A program made the position numbers and the translations under genes. The notes under the pieces were generated by a model. The model saw nothing but the letters and a program-made list of their open reading frames with translations, ran no database searches and was not told the DNA's origin. Below, piece by piece: positions 8,726 to 15,674 of a stretch of 17,458 bases of DNA (its first letter is position 1; the number at the start of each line of letters is the position of its first letter). This stretch comes from Candidatus Ratteibacteria bacterium (GTDB lineage Bacteria; Ratteibacteria; UBA8468; B48-G9; JAFGKM01). The stretch is taken from contig JBKBIN010000029.1 of the NCBI GenBank assembly GCA_046296715.1, forward strand, positions 1 to 17,458, in the 5' to 3' direction.

Positions 8726-9145
8726 ATGGCAAGAATTCTTGGAGTTGAGATACCAGATAATAAAAAGGTAAAAATTGCATTAACTTATATTTACGGAATA
8801 GGAGATAAAAGAGCAGAAGAGATTGTTAAAAATACAGGTGTTGACAGTGAAAAAAGAGTTAAAGAGTTAACAGAAGAAGAACTTGGTAAAATAACTTCTT
8901 TTATCCAAAAAAATTATAAAATAGAAGGTGATTTAAGACAGGAAATCGCACAAAATATTAGAAGATTAATTGATATAAATTGTTATAGGGGCATTAGACA
9001 TAAATTTTCTTTACCTGTGAGAGGACAGAGAACACGTTCAAATGCAAGAACAAGGAAAGGACCAAGAAAAACTGTAGGTGTTGTGAGAGATAAAGCAGCA
9101 AGAAAAGCATTGAAACAACAAAAACAACAAAAAGAAGAGAAATGA
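8726..9145 (+). CDS. rpsM: 30S ribosomal protein S13
   Basis: [19 protein letters not shown] and [26 protein letters not shown] motifs. SD AAGGAGG. Confidence 0.99.
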   Translation: MARILGVEIPDNKKVKIALTYIYGIGDKRAEEIVKNTGVDSEKRVKELTEEELGKITSFIQKNYKIEGDLRQEIAQNIRRLIDINCYRGIRHKFSLPVRGQRTRSNARTRKGPRKTVGVVRDKAARKALKQQKQQKEEK

Positions 9146-9156
9146 GGAGGTAAAAA

Positions 9157-9546
9157 GTGCCGAAAAAATATACAAAAAAGAGAAAAAAGAAAATTAATGT
9201 ACCAAAAGGGATTGCCCATATTAAAGCAACTTTTAACAATACTATTATAACTATTACAGATCAACAGGGTAATGTTTTATTATGGGGAAGTTCAGGAACA
9301 AGTGGTTTTAAGGGCACAAGGAAAGGAACTCCTTTTGCAGCTCAACTTGCAGCAGAAAATGTTGCAAAGAGAGCCCAAGCATTATATAACATGAAAGAAG
9401 TTGATGTAAGAGTAAAAGGTCCTGGTCCAGGTAGAGAAACAGCAATAAGAGCATTACAGAGTGCAGGTTTAAATGTTGTTTCTATTAAAGATGTAACTCC
9501 AATTCCTCATAATGGATGTAGACCGCCTAAAAGAAGGCGAGTATAA
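9157..9546 (+). CDS. rpsK: 30S ribosomal protein S11 (GTG start)
   Basis: [30 protein letters not shown] and [18 protein letters not shown] motifs. Confidence 0.99.
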   Translation: MPKKYTKKRKKKINVPKGIAHIKATFNNTIITITDQQGNVLLWGSSGTSGFKGTRKGTPFAAQLAAENVAKRAQALYNMKEVDVRVKGPGPGRETAIRALQSAGLNVVSIKDVTPIPHNGCRPPKRRRV

Positions 9547-9561
9547 TAAGGAGGGAAATTT

Positions 9562-10185
9562 ATGGCGAAATATATAAAACCATTATGTAAAATATGTAGA
9601 AAATATGGTGTAAAACTTTATCTAAAAGGAAGAAGATGCGAAAGTGACAAATGTGCTGTTGATCCAAGAAAAAGTAAGATAAGATTAATAAAACCAAAAA
9701 AGATGTCAGAATATGCACTTCAATTAAGAGAAAAAAATAAAGTTAAAATTTATTATGGAGTGATGGAGAGACAATTTAAGAGGTATTTTGAGATTGCTAA
9801 GAAACATAAAGGAGTTACTGGAGAGGTATTACTTCAATTACTTGAGAGACGACTTGATAATGTTATTTATAAAGCAAACTTTGCTTATTCAAGAAAAATG
9901 GCAAGGCAATTAATAAATCATAGATATGTAATTGTAAATGGGAAGAGAAATGATAGGCCAGGATATTTGGTTGAGGTTGGTGATATTATACAGATTAAAT
10001 TCAAAAATGAAAATATAATAAAAACGATTAAAGAATGTATTGAAGAGTATAAAACAAGGACAAAACCTTTATGGATGAAAGTAGATGAGGATAATTTAAA
10101 AATAGAAATATTAAGATATCCAGATAGAAGTGAAGTTTCAATTCCTGTTAATGAACAATTAATAGTTAATCTTTATTCAAAATAA
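9562..10185 (+). CDS. rpsD: 30S ribosomal protein S4 (zinc-finger N-terminus)
   Basis: CKICR...C...C, SEYALQLREK, LLERRLDNVIY, ARQLINH and EQLIVNLYSK motifs. Confidence 0.98.
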   Translation: MAKYIKPLCKICRKYGVKLYLKGRRCESDKCAVDPRKSKIRLIKPKKMSEYALQLREKNKVKIYYGVMERQFKRYFEIAKKHKGVTGEVLLQLLERRLDNVIYKANFAYSRKMARQLINHRYVIVNGKRNDRPGYLVEVGDIIQIKFKNENIIKTIKECIEEYKTRTKPLWMKVDEDNLKIEILRYPDRSEVSIPVNEQLIVNLYSK

Positions 10186-10200
10186 ATAGAGAGGTGAAAA

Positions 10201-11178
10201 ATGAAAGAATTTATTTATCCATCAACTTTTATATGGGAGAAAGAAACACTTAGAAAAAATTATGGGAAATTGATTATAGAACCACTTGAAAGAGGATATG
10301 GGGTTACAATAGGAAATGCTTTAAGAAGGGTTCTTCTTTCATCTATCCCTGGCATTGCAATTACTGGTTTAAGAATAAAAGGTGTTTTGCATGAGTTTTC
10401 AACTCTTGAAGGAATGAAGGAAGATATAGTAGAGGTAGTTTTAAATATTAAACAGATTGCTTTAAAGCCAATAATAAGTGAATATCCGCATACAATTACA
10501 GTTGAGATTTCGGATAAAGATGAAATATGTGCAGGTGATTTAGTAAACGATGGTTCAGTTGAGGTTATAAATAAAGATTTACATATTGCGACTATAGATC
10601 CAAGTAAAAAATATCAGTTTGAGATTGATATTACAAAAGGTTTCGGTTATTTACCTGTTGAAAAGATGAAACTTATGGTTAAAAATGTTCCTTTAGGAAC
10701 AATTCTTATAGATGGACTTTATTCACCAGTAAGAAAAGTTGTTTTTCATGTTGAGAATACAAGAGTTGAACAGTTTGTTGATTATGAAAAACTTATATTA
10801 GAGGTATGGACAACAGGAGCAGTTACTCCTGAAGAGAGTGTTAAACATGCGTGTGGACTCCTTAAAAAACAATTTGAACTTATTCTAAGTGGTCAGAAAA
10901 TAGGAGAAGAGGAGGAACTAATTGAAAAAAGAGAAATAAAATACGACCTTGATATACCAATTACAGAATTGAAACTTTCTACAAGAGTATATAATGCGCT
11001 TGAAAACAAAAATATAAAGACGTTAAGGGATCTTTTAAATACACCAATTGAAGTTCTTGAGGTAATTAAAAATCTTGGTAGAAAATCTATTGAAGAGATA
11101 GAGAATGCATTGAAAAAGATGGGATATTCTCTTAAAACTACTTCAGAAAGTGCTTCAACAAAAGGAGAGAAAAAATGA
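10201..11178 (+). CDS. rpoA: DNA-directed RNA polymerase subunit alpha
   Basis: EPLERGYGVTIGNALRRVLLSSIPG, VLHEFST and alpha-CTD LSTRVYNAL...NLGRKSIEEI motifs. Confidence 0.99.
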   Translation: MKEFIYPSTFIWEKETLRKNYGKLIIEPLERGYGVTIGNALRRVLLSSIPGIAITGLRIKGVLHEFSTLEGMKEDIVEVVLNIKQIALKPIISEYPHTITVEISDKDEICAGDLVNDGSVEVINKDLHIATIDPSKKYQFEIDITKGFGYLPVEKMKLMVKNVPLGTILIDGLYSPVRKVVFHVENTRVEQFVDYEKLILEVWTTGAVTPEESVKHACGLLKKQFELILSGQKIGEEEELIEKREIKYDLDIPITELKLSTRVYNALENKNIKTLRDLLNTPIEVLEVIKNLGRKSIEEIENALKKMGYSLKTTSESASTKGEKK

Positions 11179-11525
11179 GACATAAGCGAGATACAAAGAA
11201 AAAATTAGGTAGAAATAAATCACATAGAAAGGCCTTGATGAGAAATATGACAATAAGTTTTTTCCAAAATCAGAAATTAATAACAACTTTACCAAAAGCA
11301 AAACAATTAAAAAGAATTATTGAAAGATTAATAACTCTTGGGAAAAAAGGGACTTTGTCAGATATAAGAAAAATAAATCAATTTGTAAATCATCCTCAAA
11401 CAGTTAAAAAAATAGTTGATATTTCAAAAAAATATATAGACAGAAATGGTGGATATACTCAAATTATAAAAGTTGGCTTTAGAAGAGGTGATGGAGCTGA
11501 AGAAGCAATAATAAAACTTTTGTGA
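11175..11525 (+). CDS. rplQ: 50S ribosomal protein L17
   Basis: MRH...KLGRNKSHRKALMRN, TTLPKAK and RNGGYTQIIK...RRGDGA motifs. Confidence 0.99.
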   Translation: MRHKRDTKKKLGRNKSHRKALMRNMTISFFQNQKLITTLPKAKQLKRIIERLITLGKKGTLSDIRKINQFVNHPQTVKKIVDISKKYIDRNGGYTQIIKVGFRRGDGAEEAIIKLL

Positions 11526-11529
11526 AAAA

Positions 11530-11727
11530 ATGGAAAATAGAAATTTAAAAATGCTTGATTTAATTGATAAGAATAAAAATATTTATGAAGTGATAGTTGA
11601 GGTTTCAAGAAGGGCGCATGATTTAATTAAAGGGGCGCTACCTTCTGTAGAAGTTAAAAAAAATGAAAATTTAATACATATTGCAATAGAGGAATATTTA
11701 AGAAAAAATAAGGTGAAAAATGAATGA
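11530..11727 (+). CDS. rpoZ: Probable RNA polymerase subunit omega
   Basis: 65 aa. NIYEVIVEVSRRAHDLIKGALPSV...NLIHIAIEE follows the omega pattern (N/S-x-Y-x-hydrophobic...RA..L..GA.P.V.....A..E). Confidence 0.8.
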   Translation: MENRNLKMLDLIDKNKNIYEVIVEVSRRAHDLIKGALPSVEVKKNENLIHIAIEEYLRKNKVKNE

Positions 11728-12820
11728 TTTTTTTTCTCTTTTAAAATTAATGAAGGAAAAAGATGCATCTGATTTGCATTTGAAATTTGGAAGAAAACCT
11801 ATTTTAAGGATAAAAGGGGAGTTAGTAGAGGTTGAGGAATGGGAAGGGGTGTTAAATGCTGAAGTTCTTTTCAAAATTTTAGATTTAATTATGCCAGAAG
11901 AAGAAAAAGTTAATTTTAAGAAAGAAAAAGAATCAGATTTTGCTTTTGATAACCCAGAAGTTGGCAGATACAGAGTAAATGCTTTCTGGCAGCGTGGTTA
12001 TCCAGGTTTTGTAATGAGAAGAATTAAAGATAAAATACCAACAATTGAAGAACTTAATCTTCCACCTGTTATAAAAAAAATTGCTTTATATAATGATGGT
12101 CTTGTGCTTGTTACAGGACCTACTGGATGTGGTAAATCAACAACTCTTGCTTCTATGATAGAAATAATAAATAATGAGAGAGTTGAGCATATAGTTACTA
12201 TTGAGGATCCTATAGAGTATCTATATACAGATAAAAAGTCAATAATAAACCAAAGAGAAGTTGGGATAGATACACTTTCTTTTGCATCTGCTTTAAAACA
12301 TGTTTTAAGAGAGGACCCAGATATAATTTTAATTGGAGAATTAAGGGATGTGGATACATTTCAGGCAGCAATAAGTGCATGTGAAACAGGTCATCTTGTC
12401 TTCTCAACTTTACACACAATTGATACAATAACAACAATCACAAGAATACTTGATTTCTTTCCTTCAAGTCAACATGAACAGGTGAGGAAGATACTTGCCT
12501 ATCATTTAAGAGCAACAATATGTCAAAAACTTGTTCCGAAAAAAGATGGTAGTGGACTTGTTCCTGTTTGTGAAATTATGATAGTTACACCTGTGATTTC
12601 AAAGTTAATTCAGGATAACAAAATAAATAAACTCTATTCGGCAATGGCTGCTGATAAAGAAGAAGGAATGCTTACATTTAACAAACATCTTGTTCAATTA
12701 ATTCAGAATGATATAATAACTCAAGAAGTTGGTTTTGCTGCCTCTCCTTCTCCTCATACTCTTGAAATGAATTTAAGAGGGATATATCTTGACGAAGAGA
12801 CAAAGATTATTGGAGAATAG
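11720..12820 (+). CDS. pilT: Type IV pilus retraction ATPase, PilT/PilU family
   Basis: ASDLHL, Walker A GPTGCGKST, TIEDPIE (Asp box), NQREVG, LREDPDIILIGELRD (Walker B) and TGHLVFSTLHT (His box). Whether it is PilT proper or a PilU-like paralogue is not resolved. Confidence 0.92.
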   Translation: MNDFFSLLKLMKEKDASDLHLKFGRKPILRIKGELVEVEEWEGVLNAEVLFKILDLIMPEEEKVNFKKEKESDFAFDNPEVGRYRVNAFWQRGYPGFVMRRIKDKIPTIEELNLPPVIKKIALYNDGLVLVTGPTGCGKSTTLASMIEIINNERVEHIVTIEDPIEYLYTDKKSIINQREVGIDTLSFASALKHVLREDPDIILIGELRDVDTFQAAISACETGHLVFSTLHTIDTITTITRILDFFPSSQHEQVRKILAYHLRATICQKLVPKKDGSGLVPVCEIMIVTPVISKLIQDNKINKLYSAMAADKEEGMLTFNKHLVQLIQNDIITQEVGFAASPSPHTLEMNLRGIYLDEETKIIGE

Positions 12821-12854
12821 AGTATAATTTTAATCATCGCTATCCACAATTTAT

Positions 12855-12883
12855 TTTACAAATTTTTACTTCTATAGTAAACT
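12855..12883 (+). promoter_or_regulatory. Candidate sigma70-type promoter for the Cys-rich small gene
   Basis: TTTACA (12855-12860), 17 nt, TAAACT (12878-12883). The AT-rich context lowers specificity. Confidence 0.4.
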
Positions 12884-12912
12884 TAATAAAAAATTTTAAA
12901 GTAGGAGGGGAA

Positions 12913-13128
12913 ATGACTGAATGTTTAAATATTAAAAAGAATTTAAAAGATTGTGGCTGTTCTTATACAAGTTGTTCTAAAAGGGGTATTTGTTGTGAAT
13001 GTTTGAGGTCTCACTGGTCAAGAAAGGAACTTCCAGGATGTCTTTTCCCACCTGATGCTGAAAAAACATATAATAGGTCTCTTGAATATTTTATAAAGGT
13101 CTGGACTGAACGACTTAACTTAAAATAA
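12913..13128 (+). CDS. Small Cys-rich hypothetical protein (DUF6485-like, putative metal-binding)
   Basis: 71 aa with 8 Cys and a His: CGCSYTSCSKRGICCECLRSH...LPGCLFPPDAEKTYNRS. Strong SD AGGAGG. The family assignment is from recall and has not been searched. Confidence 0.8.
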   Translation: MTECLNIKKNLKDCGCSYTSCSKRGICCECLRSHWSRKELPGCLFPPDAEKTYNRSLEYFIKVWTERLNLK

Positions 13129-13136
13129 AGAAATAA

Positions 13137-13175
13137 CTTTTTAATTACCAAAAGGCATTTGAAGTAATTAAAAAG
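13137..13175. repeat. Perfect 12-bp inverted repeat / stem-loop just downstream of the Cys-rich gene
   Basis: CTTTTTAATTAC (13137-13148) and GTAATTAAAAAG (13164-13175) are exact reverse complements. The inner CAAA/TTTG can also pair around AGGCA. Confidence 0.75.
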
Positions 13176-13208
13176 GAGAGATTTTTAAATTTTTCTCATT
13201 GGTTTTAT

Positions 13209-13237
13209 TTGTAAAATTTTAATTTTTTGATTAAAAT
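13209..13237 (+). promoter_or_regulatory. Candidate sigma70-type promoter for purD
   Basis: TTGTAA (13209-13214), 17 nt, TAAAAT (13232-13237), 24 nt upstream of the purD ATG. Confidence 0.4.
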
Positions 13238-13261
13238 TACAATTATAAAAAGTGGGAAAAA

Positions 13262-14509
13262 ATGAGAATTTTAATAATAGGCAGTGGTGGAAGGGAACAT
13301 GCAATTTGCTGGAAAATAAAAAGTTATTCTGAAAATTATGAAATTTTTGCTATCCCTGGTAATGGAGGAATTGCTTTAATGGGAGAATGTATAAAGAAAG
13401 ATTTAGGTAATTTTGATGAGATATTTAAATTTGTTAAAGAAAAAAGAATTGATCTTATAATTGTAGGACCTGAGAATCCACTTTCAGAAGGTATTGTTGA
13501 TTTTTTTGTTGAAAAAGGGATTAAAATTTTTGGTCCAACAAAAAAAGCTGCCCTTCTTGAATCATCTAAGTGTTTTGCTAAGGAATTTATGAAAAAATAT
13601 AATATTCCAACTGCAGATTTTGAGATTTCAGATTCATTTGAAAAAAGTATAAAAATTATTGAAAAAAGAAAAGTCCCTTATGTAATAAAATTTGATGGAC
13701 TTGCTGCTGGGAAAGGAGTTAGAGTTATTGAAGGAAAAGAAGAAGGGAAGAATTATCTTGAGGAAATATTTATTAAAAAAATTTTTAAGGGTGAAAAAAA
13801 AGTTGTAATTGAAGATTGTTTAGTTGGGAAAGAATTATCATACTTGATCTTTACAGATACAAATACTTACATTCCTATGGTTCCAGCAAAAGATTATAAA
13901 AGAGTTTTTGATAATGATAAAGGTCCAAATACAGGAGGAATGGGTTGTTATTCACCACCTTATTATTTTAATGAGGAACTTGAAAATGAAATAAAGAAAA
14001 AGATTGTAGAACCAACATTAAAAGGACTTGAAAAAGAAAATATTGATTATAGAGGTGTCTTATATTTTGGTTTAATGATAACAAATAAAGGTCCTTATGT
14101 TCTTGAATATAATGTAAGATTTGGAGATCCTGAAACACAAGTTATTTTACCAAGGATGGAAGGTGATTTAGTTGAAGTTGTTGAAAGTATAATAGAAGGC
14201 AATTTAAATAAAATAGGTATAAAATGGAAGGAAGAAAAATCATTATGTGTAATTCTTGCTTCAAAAGGTTATCCAGGAGAATATGAAAAAGGTAAAGAGA
14301 TAAAAAATATTGATAGAGTAAAGGATGTGATTTTATTTCATGCTGGAACAAAAATTGAAAATGGTAAAATATTAACAGATGGAGGAAGGGTTTTAGGAAT
14401 TTGTAGTATTGACATAAATTTTGAAAAATTAAGAGAAAAAGTTTATAAAGCAGCAAAAACAATTGATTTTGAAGGAAAACACTACAGGAAAGATATAGGG
14501 TTACTATAG
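13262..14509 (+). CDS. purD: Phosphoribosylamine--glycine ligase (GAR synthetase)
   Basis: GSGGREHA, VGPE, LESSK, DGLAAGKGV, DKGPNTGGMG, EYNVRFGDPETQ, FHAGT and GGRVL motifs. Confidence 0.99.
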   Translation: MRILIIGSGGREHAICWKIKSYSENYEIFAIPGNGGIALMGECIKKDLGNFDEIFKFVKEKRIDLIIVGPENPLSEGIVDFFVEKGIKIFGPTKKAALLESSKCFAKEFMKKYNIPTADFEISDSFEKSIKIIEKRKVPYVIKFDGLAAGKGVRVIEGKEEGKNYLEEIFIKKIFKGEKKVVIEDCLVGKELSYLIFTDTNTYIPMVPAKDYKRVFDNDKGPNTGGMGCYSPPYYFNEELENEIKKKIVEPTLKGLEKENIDYRGVLYFGLMITNKGPYVLEYNVRFGDPETQVILPRMEGDLVEVVESIIEGNLNKIGIKWKEEKSLCVILASKGYPGEYEKGKEIKNIDRVKDVILFHAGTKIENGKILTDGGRVLGICSIDINFEKLREKVYKAAKTIDFEGKHYRKDIGLL

Positions 14510-14527
14510 ATAAAAAAGGAGGTTAAT

Positions 14528-15616
14528 ATGGAAAAAAGATTAAAAGCAGGAATTGTTGGAGCAGGTGGAATTGCTGACTATCATATTTCTGGTTATTTAA
14601 AAAGTGATGTAGAAGTAGTTGCAATAAGTGATATTGACACAGAGAAAGCTCGGATTAAAGCAGAAAAATTTAATATTAAAAATGTTTATTCTTCATACAA
14701 AGAAATGATAGAAAAAGAAGGGTTGGATATTGTCAGTGTTTGTGTTCCGAATAAATATCATGCTGAAATATCAATTGAGTGTTTAAAAAATGGTATAAAT
14801 GTATTTTGTGAAAAACCACCAGCATTAAATGCAAAAGAAACAGAAAAAATGGTTAAAGCAGCAAAAGATGCGAAAAAAATATTAATGTTTGATTTTAATA
14901 ACAGAGCAAGACCTGAAGCACAAGCACTTATGAAATACATTAAAAATGGAGATGTTGGAAAAATAAATTCAGCACAAGCATTATGGATAAGAAGATGTGG
15001 AATCCCAGGATTTGGCGGTTGGTTTACTCAAAAGGCACTTTCTGGTGGTGGACCTGTTATTGATTTGCTTCATATGATAGACCTTGCTTTATATTTTATG
15101 GAATTTCCAGAACCAGAATATGTACTTGCAAAAACATTTTATGATTTTTCAGGTAATCCTGATTTTAAAGGTCCTTGGGGAATACCCGATGTTGAAGGTG
15201 GAATAATGGATGTAGAAACAAGTTCTCATGCTTTCATAACATTTAAAACAGGACAGGTTCTATTTGCGAGAAATAGTTGGGCAGAAATGAATAAAAGAGA
15301 GGAAGTATCTGTTACATTTCAAGGGACAAAAGCAGGAGGAATGATTAGACGCCTTTTCGGGAGGGATGGAATAGATGATACAGCGATTGATGATTGTGAA
15401 CTTTATACTATGGAAAATGGCAAACCAGTAAATAGAAAAATAATAGTTGAACCAGATCCAAAGATGGGAAGAGAAAGGGCAGTAATAAATTTTGTAAATA
15501 CAATTAGAAAAGAAGAAGAGCCATTTTCAAAACCAGAAGAGGCGATAATCTTAATGAAAATAATTGATTCTATATACAAATCATCAGAACAAAATAAACC
15601 AGTTAAAATTGATTAA
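14528..15616 (+). CDS. Gfo/Idh/MocA family NAD(P)-dependent oxidoreductase
   Basis: Rossmann GIVGAGGIA, VCVPNKYH, CEKPPA and GGWFT...SGGGPVIDLLHMID motifs. SD AAGGAGGT. Confidence 0.93.
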   Translation: MEKRLKAGIVGAGGIADYHISGYLKSDVEVVAISDIDTEKARIKAEKFNIKNVYSSYKEMIEKEGLDIVSVCVPNKYHAEISIECLKNGINVFCEKPPALNAKETEKMVKAAKDAKKILMFDFNNRARPEAQALMKYIKNGDVGKINSAQALWIRRCGIPGFGGWFTQKALSGGGPVIDLLHMIDLALYFMEFPEPEYVLAKTFYDFSGNPDFKGPWGIPDVEGGIMDVETSSHAFITFKTGQVLFARNSWAEMNKREEVSVTFQGTKAGGMIRRLFGRDGIDDTAIDDCELYTMENGKPVNRKIIVEPDPKMGRERAVINFVNTIRKEEEPFSKPEEAIILMKIIDSIYKSSEQNKPVKID

Positions 15617-15674
15617 AACTAAACCTTTTTATTGAAAAATTTGTCTAAATTTCTTATAAGGGTAGAATTTATAA

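Noticed and set aside
12821..12912. Replication origin suggested by a DnaA-box-like site and AT richness
   Set aside because: There is only one imperfect box in a 92-nt gap, with no box cluster and no dnaA/dnaN context.
13129..13261. Purine, ZTP or PRPP riboswitch upstream of purD
   Set aside because: None of the conserved core sequences are visible, and the region is nearly all A/T. The hairpin also lies upstream of the candidate purD promoter.
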